48,726 bases of DNA from a virus, in IMG/VR virus record IMGVR_UViG_3300045988_078204, one strand, 5' to 3'. Under the pieces are notes generated by a model that saw nothing but the letters and a program-made list of their open reading frames with translations, ran no database searches and was not told the origin of the DNA. Of the stretch, positions 16,442 to 25,953 are shown piece after piece. The position numbers and the translations under genes were made by a program. Numbering within the stretch: the stretch's first letter is position 1; each line of letters opens with the position of its first letter.

Positions 16442-16978
16442 ATGAAGAAAAAATTTCTTTATAGTTTACAGGCGTTTGCCGAAGCGGTTCAAGGAAAAAG
16501 AATTGTATATCTTTTTAGAATCGCATCCGAGGCATCTACTACAGCAGGCAAAAGAATTCCATTTGTAACAGAAGATAGCCGAACAAAAAGTAAAGATGCG
16601 GATTCTACGGCGACAAAAGACGGTTCAATTCGGACACCTGGTACGGCAGAAGTAGAAATTTCTACTACGCTGATTCTGTCCAAAGGAGACGAGATTGTAA
16701 AAAAATTGGAAGATGCAATGGATAATGACCAGTTAATAGAGATTTGGGAAGCAAATCTTGATGAACCGGGATCCACATATTCATCAAATAAATTTAAAGG
16801 AATGTATTTCCAAGGTTACATAACTGAATTTGAACAAACGGCATCGGCAGAAGAGCATGTGGAGATTTCTCTTACATTTGGAATTAATGGATCTGGGAAA
16901 CGTGGAGAAGTTACCGTAAGCGCAGAGGAACAGGAAGAAGCAAACTATTTATTCAAAGATTCAGTACAGGAGGGATAA
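16442..16978 (+). CDS. major tail protein (TP901-1/phi13-like)
   Basis: ATG 16442 is 7 nt after GGAGG (the track starts at 16436). Position is before the chaperone pair. The N-terminus MKKKFLYSLQAFAEAVQGK also carries the LQxFA motif. Confidence 0.75.
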   Translation: MKKKFLYSLQAFAEAVQGKRIVYLFRIASEASTTAGKRIPFVTEDSRTKSKDADSTATKDGSIRTPGTAEVEISTTLILSKGDEIVKKLEDAMDNDQLIEIWEANLDEPGSTYSSNKFKGMYFQGYITEFEQTASAEEHVEISLTFGINGSGKRGEVTVSAEEQEEANYLFKDSVQEG

Positions 16979-16982
16979 TACA

Positions 16983-17345
16983 ATGAAAGAATTAACGATT
17001 AAAGGACAAGTATATCAGTTTAATTTTGGGATGGGATTCTTGAAAGATATCGACAAAACAGTGCAGATTAAATCTGAAAACGGGAAGGTGGAAGATGCAG
17101 GACTTCGGTATGCTATCGGTGGATTGATTGATGGAAACCCGAAATCAATTTGTACGATTCTTTATTATGGAAATAAAGGGCAGAATCCACGTCTTACAGA
17201 AGCTTTAATTGAAGAATTCATTGATGATCCGGACACAGATATTGATGATCTGTTTGAAGAGGTGATGGGTTTTTTAAAGAGTTCCAATGCTACGAAGTGC
17301 ATTACCGAGAAGACGCTGAAAGCGGTAGAAGATATGATGAAGTAA
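16983..17345 (+). CDS. tail assembly chaperone (gpG-like)
   Basis: 120 aa, acidic C-terminus, immediately upstream of the TMP gene. Contains a slippery site. Confidence 0.75.
   Translation: MKELTIKGQVYQFNFGMGFLKDIDKTVQIKSENGKVEDAGLRYAIGGLIDGNPKSICTILYYGNKGQNPRLTEALIEEFIDDPDTDIDDLFEEVMGFLKSSNATKCITEKTLKAVEDMMK
17270..17276 (+). promoter_or_regulatory. -1 programmed ribosomal frameshift slippery heptamer T_TTT_TTA
   Basis: In the zero frame the codons are GGT TTT TTA (G-F-L), giving the X_XXY_YYZ pattern. The -1 frame is open from 17258 to 17686. Confidence 0.75.
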
Positions 17346-17686
17346 TCATTCGCAGCATTGATTATGAACAAATTGCGATTGACTGTTTTAGATATTTCGA
17401 TTTTAAAAATCTAATCGAAGTTGATAAGCTAACGATTCCAGAATACAAAATGTTGGTGAAAGCTTATGAATATAAAACAGTTGATCGCAATTATTATTTA
17501 CATTTACTTGCATTTTTAAATTTTGCGGTTCAGGCCCAAAGATCTGCTGGTAAAGGAAAGACAAAACCGGTCTATAAGCGGTTTTCTAAATTTTTCAATT
17601 ATGAAAAAGAAATCCAACGTGTGGAAGAACGAGAAAAAGGTGCTGATCGTATAAGGGATTTTTTGAAAAGAAAAGGAGGTCGCTAA
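17276..17686 (+). CDS. -1 frame extension producing the gpGT-like chaperone fusion (16983..17276 joined to 17276..17686, ~234 aa)
   Basis: After the slip the frame reads KEFQCYEVHYREDAES...KRKGGR. The stop TAA at 17684-17686 abuts the TMP ATG at 17687. Confidence 0.7.
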   Translation, partial: KEFQCYEVHYREDAESGRRYDEVIIRSIDYEQIAIDCFRYFDFKNLIEVDKLTIPEYKMLVKAYEYKTVDRNYYLHLLAFLNFAVQAQRSAGKGKTKPVYKRFSKFFNYEKEIQRVEEREKGADRIRDFLKRKGGR

Positions 17687-20600
17687 ATGGCAGAGACATT
17701 TTCTGTAAAAGCAATATTGAGCGCAGTTGACAAAGGATTTTCTGCCACAATGCGATCTGCCAGAGAAAGCATTGGTAGTTTAAAATCTACGGTTTCTAGC
17801 GGAATTGGATTTGGCGTGATGATGGCCGCTGGAGAGAAAGCGTTTGAAACGATTACTGGTGGAGTTACAAGTCTAGTAGGAGAGATGAATAGTGCCAGTG
17901 CTGCTTGGAAAACTTTTCAAGGCAACATGGAAATGAACGGACACACAGCGGCCGAAATTAAATCCATAAAAGGGGAACTTCAGGACTTTGCGGAAGCTAC
18001 AATCTATAGTTCATCGGATATGGCATCGACATTTGCCCAGCTTGAAGCTGTTGGAACCAAGAATACAACAAAGTTGGTAAAAGGATTTGGAGGACTGGCA
18101 GCAGCGGCAGAAAACCCAACTCAAGCTATGAAGACGCTTTCCCAGCAGGCGACACAAATGGCGGCAAAACCTACTGTAGCTTGGGAAGATTTCAAGTTAA
18201 TGGTTGAACAGACACCAGCAGGAATTGCGGCTGTTGCAAAAGAACTTGGAATGTCCACGCAGGAAATGATAAAAAATGTGCAAGACGGACAGATTGCAAC
18301 AGAGGATTTTTTTGATGCGATTGCAAAAGTCGGAACGAATGACGCATTTACCAAGCTTGCTACCGAGTATAAAACAGTGGGTCAGGCAATGGATGGGCTT
18401 TCGGAAACTGCGGCGAATAAACTTCAGCCTGCATTTGATACGCTATCTGCCGTTGGAATTAAAGCAATAAGTGGGCTGGTTGATAAAGTTGGAGAACTGG
18501 ATGGCAATGCGATCAATGCAGCTCTGAGTGTTGATAACTTGAAATCAGCAGCAATAGATCTTGGAGTAGTACTTGGTGGCGCCGCTGTTGCTTTTGAAGG
18601 AAATGATGTCTTTGGGGCAGCGATATCGGGGGCAAAGGAGTACGGACTGACATTATCGAATGCATGGGGAAAGATTCAAAGTCTTTCGAGTCAGACGGCA
18701 AGTTCTATCTCCGGAATCGGGAGTAAGCTGAAAAATATCAGTGTAGATTCGCTTACCCAAAAAGCGACCAAAGGAGTGAACAGACTAAACAGAACTTTTA
18801 AAGGTTTAGGAAAATCCATTGATTCATACGGAGGAGATGTAGCTTCGGCTTTTGAAGCAATTTCAACTAAGTTTAGTGACAAAGGTATTGCTGTGTGGGA
18901 GAAATTTGCCGCTGTCGGAGAAAAAGTTTCTAAATCAAGCTCAAAAATGAGTAGCAGTTTAAAAAAACACATCAAATCCGCATCAAATACTATCGGGAAT
19001 TTTACAGAAAGAGTATCTACGATCGCAAAACCTTTTGAAGGAATTTTTTCCGGTATAGGTTCCGGAATACAGAAATCTGCCGGAATAGGAATAAAAGCTA
19101 TGAACGGCATGGTATCTTCTCTCACATCTATAATGGGAGTTGCTATGTCCGCATTAGGACCGGCGGCAATAGTTGGAGTTGTTCTCGCTGGTATGGGAGT
19201 ACTGAATAGCCGATTTGGAGGAGAGATAGACTCTCTGATCCAGACCGTTACAACAAAAGGGCCACAAATCATAGGAGAACTTGTGAACTCTATAACAAGC
19301 AAACTTCCGGCACTGATGCAGTCCGGTGCACAGATGATTTCTGGACTTATGGATGCGGTTACGGCGAATCTCCCATCGGTGATTAACGGAGGGGTTCAGA
19401 TCATCAATTCGTTAGTCCAGGGAGTCGGTGCGAATATCGGTACGCTTCTTCCATCAGCAATAAATCTTGTATCAACGTTTGCGAGAGGTATTGTAAGCGC
19501 TCTGCCGCAGCTTTTACTTACCGGGATGAAGTTCCTACAGAGTCTGAGCGAAGGCGTATTGAATAATATCGATTTGATTGTCCGCTCTGCTTCTGGAATT
19601 GTACAGAGCTTTGTAGGAAGTGTAATGAGTAATCTTCCGAGCATTATCACCGCAGGTCTTCAGATACTTACAAATCTTGCGCAGGGGGCGGTTCAGGCAA
19701 TGCCACGGCTCCTTGTGGTGGGACTTAATGCGATTACAACATTGATTACAGGAATCGCAGGACAGCTCCCGAGAATTTTGCAGACGGGTGTCCAACTGAT
19801 CCAGATGCTAATACAAGGTGTTGTCCAGAACCTTCCAAGTATTTTGACAGCGGCTATACAGGCCATTACTACATTCGTACAGGGGATCGTTCAGAACCTT
19901 CCATCGATCATCTCTTCCGGGATCCAGATAGTAGGATCGCTCATTGGAGGTCTGATCCAGATGTTGCCTTCTATCGTGAGCGCAGGTTGGGAACTTATAA
20001 AATCATTGGGTTCTGGGATCATTGAGGCGATACCTAATATTATTACAGGAGCAGTGGAAGGGATAAAAGGTATCTTTTCAGACCTGTGGGGATTTATTAC
20101 AGGGAAGAACAAGGAAAGCTCTGATAAAACGGCCTCAGATCTGGCGGTTATGACGGAGAATGTCAAAACCAGTGTGAGTACAATGGGGACAGATGTGTCC
20201 AGTAGTATTTCGACGCTTAATTCGAATACAGCCACCACAATAGGAAATCTTACGGGTAATGTGGAAAGTTCATTTGCAAGTATGAATGGAACGGCTGTTT
20301 CTGAGGCATCCAGAATGATGAATGGCGTGACAAATAGCTTGTCCGGGATGAACAGCTTGGGAAGCGCCGATATGAGTGGTTTGGCAAAAAATATTATTAG
20401 TTCAGCCGGAGATGCCAATGCTTCGGCCTCGGATGATATTTCTGATATGGCAAATAATGTTAATAATTCTATGTCTGATATTCAAAACAGTGTTACAAAA
20501 GGAATGAATAAACTTCCTACTGTTGCAAAGACATCTATGTCTCAATTTGCCAGTTCGTTGAGGGTTGGATTTAATCAGGCATTGTCTGTGTCAAAATCGA

Positions 20601-21106
20601 GTGTCACATCCATCGTTTCTTCCATGAGGTCTGGATATAGTGGTGCGTATTCCAGTGGTCGCTATATCGGCCAGGGACTTGCAAACGGTATGCGTTCGAT
20701 GCTTGGAACAGTGCGTAGTGTAGCGGCGCAGTTGGCAGCGGCAGCGGATGCGGCAATCCGGGCAAAAGCCAGAATTCACAGTCCTTCTAAAGTATCAAAA
20801 AAAGATGGTGCTTACTGGGGAGAAGGATGGGTGCTAGGAATCTTAAGTAAAGTCAAAGATACAAGAAATGCTATTACGGAGCTTTTGTATATGCCGAAGA
20901 TGGGCACTCCAGCTTTATCTCTGGCAGGCACTAACGGCCTGACTTTGAATGATGACTACGAGTATGGAGAACCAAATCATACATATACCATCTATGTTAT
21001 ATCCGAACTTGACGGAAAACAGGTTGCAAAGTCTACCGCTGTATATACGCAAAAAGAGCTAGAAAAACTGGAAAAGCAGAATAACCGGAAACACGGAATC
21101 AGATAA
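17687..21106 (+). CDS. tape measure protein
   Basis: 1139 aa. The N-terminal domain (EDFKLMVEQTPAGIAAVAKELGMSTQEMIKNVQDGQI) is TMP-like. The centre has ~22-aa LPSI...G.Q.I..L.QG periodic repeats. Confidence 0.9.
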   Translation: MAETFSVKAILSAVDKGFSATMRSARESIGSLKSTVSSGIGFGVMMAAGEKAFETITGGVTSLVGEMNSASAAWKTFQGNMEMNGHTAAEIKSIKGELQDFAEATIYSSSDMASTFAQLEAVGTKNTTKLVKGFGGLAAAAENPTQAMKTLSQQATQMAAKPTVAWEDFKLMVEQTPAGIAAVAKELGMSTQEMIKNVQDGQIATEDFFDAIAKVGTNDAFTKLATEYKTVGQAMDGLSETAANKLQPAFDTLSAVGIKAISGLVDKVGELDGNAINAALSVDNLKSAAIDLGVVLGGAAVAFEGNDVFGAAISGAKEYGLTLSNAWGKIQSLSSQTASSISGIGSKLKNISVDSLTQKATKGVNRLNRTFKGLGKSIDSYGGDVASAFEAISTKFSDKGIAVWEKFAAVGEKVSKSSSKMSSSLKKHIKSASNTIGNFTERVSTIAKPFEGIFSGIGSGIQKSAGIGIKAMNGMVSSLTSIMGVAMSALGPAAIVGVVLAGMGVLNSRFGGEIDSLIQTVTTKGPQIIGELVNSITSKLPALMQSGAQMISGLMDAVTANLPSVINGGVQIINSLVQGVGANIGTLLPSAINLVSTFARGIVSALPQLLLTGMKFLQSLSEGVLNNIDLIVRSASGIVQSFVGSVMSNLPSIITAGLQILTNLAQGAVQAMPRLLVVGLNAITTLITGIAGQLPRILQTGVQLIQMLIQGVVQNLPSILTAAIQAITTFVQGIVQNLPSIISSGIQIVGSLIGGLIQMLPSIVSAGWELIKSLGSGIIEAIPNIITGAVEGIKGIFSDLWGFITGKNKESSDKTASDLAVMTENVKTSVSTMGTDVSSSISTLNSNTATTIGNLTGNVESSFASMNGTAVSEASRMMNGVTNSLSGMNSLGSADMSGLAKNIISSAGDANASASDDISDMANNVNNSMSDIQNSVTKGMNKLPTVAKTSMSQFASSLRVGFNQALSVSKSSVTSIVSSMRSGYSGAYSSGRYIGQGLANGMRSMLGTVRSVAAQLAAAADAAIRAKARIHSPSKVSKKDGAYWGEGWVLGILSKVKDTRNAITELLYMPKMGTPALSLAGTNGLTLNDDYEYGEPNHTYTIYVISELDGKQVAKSTAVYTQKELEKLEKQNNRKHGIR

Positions 21107-21115
21107 GGAGGGCAT

Positions 21116-22648
21116 ATGTACGATTTTATAGACATCACAGAATCACAAACAGGAAACGACATTCCCTCCGAGGCAATTAACGTGAATGGAGAGTATATTG
21201 AAGAACATCTTCCGGGCTACCGTACTTTATATACAGAAGGCAGGGAGATGCTGGAATCCGAAGTGACGGAGATTCAGATTGGAAGCCAAAATGGAACCAG
21301 ATACCAATATAAGCGAGATACTCCCAGAGAGATCACGGTTCATTATCAGATTCTCAGCAGTTCACCGGAGGATTTCCGTAATAAATTCAATGAGCTGTGC
21401 AGGATCCTTGACCAAGAGGAAATGAAGATTATTTTCGCTGATGAGGATGATAAATATTTTATTGGTACAAAGACAAGCTTTGACGCTCCGGAACCGGGGC
21501 GTCTTAGCACGACAGGAAGTTATACAATATATTGTGCGGATCCTTATAAATATAGCGTAGCAGAAAAGAAATCGGAAAACAGCGGATCCACGCAAATTAC
21601 ACTGCAAAATAATGGTTCGAAGTCGGTTCCTATCAACATCAAAGCCACCATGAAGTCAGATAACGGCTACATCGCGTTTACCCTGGGAGACCGGTTCTAC
21701 CAGATCGGGAAACCGGAAGAGGTAGACGGAAAGCATTATGAGGAGTCGGTGAAGCTGTTTGATGACCACTTGTATGAAGATAAAGGGTGGTTAGTAAACC
21801 AGGGGATCACCCCACCGGTTACATCTGAGCGGTTGCAGAATGGTGTTGTTAAATATGTAAAAGAGAGTACCAATGAAGGCTATGCGACGACAAAGGACTA
21901 TGGAAGTGGTAATTCTTGGCATGGGGCATCCCTTACTAAAATAGTTCCGAAAGATGTAAATAACAAATATCCGGTCAACTGGAAAGTTGCGTACCGTTTT
22001 GACTTTAATACGGATGGGGCTGTTTTCAAAGGTGTACAAGTCGGGCATACTTCCGTGACAATGATCGATGAACATGACGACATTATCTGTTCTATTATTT
22101 TTGAAGATACTTCTCCGGTAAACGAGTATTATTACATGGCGGTATTTATCGGTAATAAAAATGTATGGCATACGGACAGTACATTCCCAATGGCAAAAAA
22201 AGGAGTTACAGCAAGAGGAGATTATGGTCCTGCTGTTACAGCGGAAAAAATAGGAAACCAGGTTACGATCCGGTTCAATAATTTCGGTATCTGCAAAACG
22301 TTTTATGTAGATAACCCGGAGGCGGAGCTGAGAAAAATTACATGGTATGGGGCAGCTTATAAAGATAACTTTCATACCGAAAACAATGTGTTGCGCGCGC
22401 TCCATGTGATAAAGCATAATGTCGAGCGGTATGAGGATATCCCGAACTATTTTTCCAATGGAGATATTGTAGAAATAGACGGGGCATCCGGAAGTGTTTA
22501 TATTAATGATGCTTATGATACGGATGTGGCGGATATTGGCAGTCAGCCGCTTCTTCTCCCTCCGGGCCAGCATACATTGGGAATCATTACATCCAGTTTT
22601 GCGTCCGTACCGGATGTGGAAGTCACATACCAAGAGAGGTGGATTTAA
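21116..22648 (+). CDS. distal tail protein (Dit)
   Basis: 510 aa directly after the TMP gene. AGGAGGG RBS. Confidence 0.7.
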   Translation: MYDFIDITESQTGNDIPSEAINVNGEYIEEHLPGYRTLYTEGREMLESEVTEIQIGSQNGTRYQYKRDTPREITVHYQILSSSPEDFRNKFNELCRILDQEEMKIIFADEDDKYFIGTKTSFDAPEPGRLSTTGSYTIYCADPYKYSVAEKKSENSGSTQITLQNNGSKSVPINIKATMKSDNGYIAFTLGDRFYQIGKPEEVDGKHYEESVKLFDDHLYEDKGWLVNQGITPPVTSERLQNGVVKYVKESTNEGYATTKDYGSGNSWHGASLTKIVPKDVNNKYPVNWKVAYRFDFNTDGAVFKGVQVGHTSVTMIDEHDDIICSIIFEDTSPVNEYYYMAVFIGNKNVWHTDSTFPMAKKGVTARGDYGPAVTAEKIGNQVTIRFNNFGICKTFYVDNPEAELRKITWYGAAYKDNFHTENNVLRALHVIKHNVERYEDIPNYFSNGDIVEIDGASGSVYINDAYDTDVADIGSQPLLLPPGQHTLGIITSSFASVPDVEVTYQERWI

Positions 22649-25638
22649 TGCAATGGTTTATTATCGGGCGGGATATGCATGTGCTGTGTACCCCGTCCAC
22701 AGATTTTCCGCAGACACTTCCCATTGATGACAGCGGGGATAGTCTGGGACAGGAGATCTCTATCACAAATAACAGTGCGGTGGGGACCTATGATTTTACG
22801 ACGGATCCCCGGCATCCGGATTCCGTATATATCACAGAGGGAAATTATATTGCGTTCCGGGATAAGTATGGCAAGGATCGGCTGTATACAATCATGTCCA
22901 TCGAAGGAGATGAAGAATGGACCGTTCATTGTGAGGATATTGGATTGGATCTGATCAATGAGTATGCCGTTCCGTGGGATTATACAGCAAGATCCATTGA
23001 AGATACACTGAGCGTAGTGTTGCACGATTCCGGCTGGGAAATCGGAATCAATGAAGTGTCAAGCTACAAAAGGGCGACCAAATTCGAGGGGACTACAGAC
23101 AGCCAGCTTACCCGGATCGGGGATGTGTGTAATCAGTTTGACGCAGAGTGCGAGTTTGCCATTGAAATGAAAGGCGCAAAGGTGACAAAGCAAGTCATCA
23201 ACATTTACAAGACACTGGGGGAAGATAAGACCCAGCAGCGTTTCATCGATAACATCAACCTGATCTCCCTGTCCCGGTCCGGGAGCATCGAGGATCTGAT
23301 TACCTGTATCCGGTGTTACGGGAAAGAGGACGAGAATGGGAATAAGCTTACGATTGCTGATATTAACTACGATGATGGGCGGTATTTCAGTCCGAAAGGC
23401 GAGCATCGGATTTACGACCGGGAGGCAAGGAATAAGTGGTCCCGGTTCCGCGCATATGACTATGAAGGTCAAGGCGAGTTTGACGGCTATATCGTTGGGA
23501 CATTTGAGTACGACACAGATGATGCCAACGAGCTTTTAAACCGGGGACTGACAGAGTTGAAGAGCCGGAATGATGTGAAAGTGACGTATGAAGCAAGTCT
23601 GTATGATCTAAGGGCGGATATCGGAGATACCGTGCAGATTGCGGATAACCGGTTCCAGGAAAAAGTCTATCTTTCAGCCCGGATCCAGTCAGTGCGTAAT
23701 CATTATACGGTCTCCGGACAGGACAGCGGGGTGCTTGCCAATTATAAGATCCTGACATCGAATCCGACATCCCAGGTGACGCAGATCATGGAGCAGTTAA
23801 AAGATCAGATTGTCAGTGTAAAATCTACCGAGATTACATACCAGATTGGCAGCTCCGGTGTGGAGCCGCCAGAAGGGCAGTGGGTGCCAAATCCGCCTCA
23901 GACCAGCCCTGGACAGTATTTGTGGACGAGAAAAACAACAACTTACACAAATGGCAGCCAGACAACGGAGTATTCTGTATCAAGAAACGGCGATGACGGA
24001 AAAGACGGAGAGGATGGGAAACCAGGTCCGGCCGGACAAGACGGAAGAGGTGTGAGATCAACCTCTGTAACCTATCAATCGTCTTCCAGTGGAACCACAA
24101 TTCCTACCGGAGTTTGGAGTTCTTCGATTCCTTCGGTAAGTGCGGGGAAGTATCTTTGGACGAGAACAGTAATTGAATATACGGATGATACTTCATCTAC
24201 CTTATATTCCGTGAGTAAAATGGGTGGAAACGGGACTGATGGGAAAGGGATAAAATCAATCACAGAGTATTATCTGGCGTCCGCAAGCTCTTCTGGTGTA
24301 ACGACCTCTACATCCGGCTGGACGACAAAGATCCAGACGATTACAACAAGTAAAAAATATCTCTGGAATTATGAAGTTACCCGCTATACGGATGACACAA
24401 GTACCACAACGTCTCCGTGCATTATCGGCGTTTACGGAGACAAAGGCGCAACTGGAAATGGGATTCAAAGTATTACGAACTATTATCTTGCCACAGCATC
24501 AGGGAGTGATGTTACAACAGATACTTCCGGATGGACTACAACAGTTCAGACCATAAGCGCGGCTAAGAAGTATTTGTGGAATTATGAAGTCGTTACTTAT
24601 ACAAATGGTAATCAGTCTGAAACAGCCCCGCATATTATAGGAGTTTATGGAGATCAGGGGAAACCGGGAAAGGATGGGCATGATGGAGAAGATGGTGTAG
24701 ACGGAACGGACGGGATCAGCATGATCCTTTCAAATGAAGCGGTTGCGTTGCCGTGCGATATCGAAGGGAACCCTCTTGATTACTCCCTGGCCACCGGAAC
24801 AGCGTATGTCTATAAAGGAGCGTCGGATGTCAGCGCCAGTGCAACGTGGACAGTCTCCTGGAGCGGTATGACAGGAACATGGACGGCATCATCCCGGACG
24901 TACAAGGTAACGGGGATGACAGCGGATGTCGGGAAACTGACAATTAAAGCCGTGTATTCCGGAACTACATTAACCAAGGTATTTACAGTTACGAAAGCGT
25001 TAAAAAATATTAAAGTGAATAAGCTATCGGCGATCAGTGGAGTGCTTGGCGAAGTGACTACTGGAAAAATCACAAATACTTCCGGCGGTAAGAAAGCACT
25101 TGTGATAAATGATAATGCGGTCGAATTTTACGACTACACGACAAACGGTGAATTCTGCGGAAGAATCCGTGGCAGCAAGTTCCAAAATGACGGAGTACAT
25201 AAGTGTATGCGGCATGAAGTGGAGTACGGAGTCGAGTGGGTAGGCAAAATTCCGGGATCATCAGATTATACGGATATGATGTATCTTTTTCCGGACGGTT
25301 TTGCACTTGAAGTCCCACTTTACAACTACGGGAGGAATATGACAAGAGTATTTAATAATCTTCCAGATGATACACAAGGAACAATCGACCGTTTAAATGG
25401 AAGAATACAGGCATTTTCGGCATCTGTCAGCATATCAAAAGCGAATACCTGGGAGACGCAGGTTGTGAAGTTTCCAAAAGCTTTTGAAAAAGCACCGATT
25501 GTAATTGTGCAAGCACAGACAGGGCAAAATGGGACATTGGTATGGGCTGACGGAGCTACTACTACGCAGTTTACATTGCACAAGTACCGACCTAGTACGA
25601 CCGCTTTTGGAATTCAAATAATAGCTGTTTCTGATTAG
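22648..25638 (+). CDS. tail-associated lysin/tip protein (Tal-like minor structural protein) with repeat modules and collagen-like stretches
   Basis: ~996 aa after Dit. ATG 22648 overlaps the Dit stop (the track starts at GTG 22639). Four ~70-aa modules and two 7-triplet G-X-Y runs lie in 23831-24714. Confidence 0.75.
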   Translation: MQWFIIGRDMHVLCTPSTDFPQTLPIDDSGDSLGQEISITNNSAVGTYDFTTDPRHPDSVYITEGNYIAFRDKYGKDRLYTIMSIEGDEEWTVHCEDIGLDLINEYAVPWDYTARSIEDTLSVVLHDSGWEIGINEVSSYKRATKFEGTTDSQLTRIGDVCNQFDAECEFAIEMKGAKVTKQVINIYKTLGEDKTQQRFIDNINLISLSRSGSIEDLITCIRCYGKEDENGNKLTIADINYDDGRYFSPKGEHRIYDREARNKWSRFRAYDYEGQGEFDGYIVGTFEYDTDDANELLNRGLTELKSRNDVKVTYEASLYDLRADIGDTVQIADNRFQEKVYLSARIQSVRNHYTVSGQDSGVLANYKILTSNPTSQVTQIMEQLKDQIVSVKSTEITYQIGSSGVEPPEGQWVPNPPQTSPGQYLWTRKTTTYTNGSQTTEYSVSRNGDDGKDGEDGKPGPAGQDGRGVRSTSVTYQSSSSGTTIPTGVWSSSIPSVSAGKYLWTRTVIEYTDDTSSTLYSVSKMGGNGTDGKGIKSITEYYLASASSSGVTTSTSGWTTKIQTITTSKKYLWNYEVTRYTDDTSTTTSPCIIGVYGDKGATGNGIQSITNYYLATASGSDVTTDTSGWTTTVQTISAAKKYLWNYEVVTYTNGNQSETAPHIIGVYGDQGKPGKDGHDGEDGVDGTDGISMILSNEAVALPCDIEGNPLDYSLATGTAYVYKGASDVSASATWTVSWSGMTGTWTASSRTYKVTGMTADVGKLTIKAVYSGTTLTKVFTVTKALKNIKVNKLSAISGVLGEVTTGKITNTSGGKKALVINDNAVEFYDYTTNGEFCGRIRGSKFQNDGVHKCMRHEVEYGVEWVGKIPGSSDYTDMMYLFPDGFALEVPLYNYGRNMTRVFNNLPDDTQGTIDRLNGRIQAFSASVSISKANTWETQVVKFPKAFEKAPIVIVQAQTGQNGTLVWADGATTTQFTLHKYRPSTTAFGIQIIAVSD

Positions 25639-25646
25639 GAGGATAT

Positions 25647-25952
25647 ATGAGAGTATTGCATTTCTCAGTGAATGAACAAAATATAAAAAAATCTGGAGAT
25701 TTCTCCGGTATTGTAAAAGGTTCAAAAGGATACCTGAAAGCAGAATTTTCTTTCGGATCTGAATGGAGCCGGAGAAAGGCAGCCGCTTCCTTTTTTACAG
25801 AGGGAAAAGAATATGCAGTCCCGATCATCCGGAATCGGTGCATAGTTCCGGACGATGTGACAGACGCAGACTATTTCCGTGTGCAGGTTGTCGGTCTGGA
25901 AAAAGGACAGATCATCAAAACAAATAAAGTATTGGTAAGACAGGAGGGATAA
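25647..25952 (+). CDS. tail-module hypothetical protein
   Basis: 101 aa with AGGAGG RBS. Confidence 0.55.
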   Translation: MRVLHFSVNEQNIKKSGDFSGIVKGSKGYLKAEFSFGSEWSRRKAAASFFTEGKEYAVPIIRNRCIVPDDVTDADYFRVQVVGLEKGQIIKTNKVLVRQEG

Positions 25953-25953
25953 A

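Noticed and set aside
19300-20100. The ~22-aa periodic repeats (LPSI...G.Q.I..L.QG) as a separate feature.
   Set aside because: This is a normal property of tape measure proteins and is not an independent element.
18691-20418. 203-aa and 175-aa - strand ORFs (18691..19302 and 19891..20418).
   Set aside because: They are antisense to the tape measure gene. Their low-complexity sequence mirrors the TMP repeats, and the gene context does not fit.
21791-22633. 280-aa ORF on the - strand.
   Set aside because: It is entirely antisense to the well-supported Dit gene. It has no RBS and an odd Cys/Ile/Arg-rich composition typical of antisense frames in AT-rich genomes.
23831-24714. Possible diversity-generating retroelement (template and variable repeat) in the tail-tip gene.
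   Set aside because: The similar segments are in-frame tandem protein modules. Differences are not restricted to adenine positions, and the window contains no reverse transcriptase or Avd-like gene.
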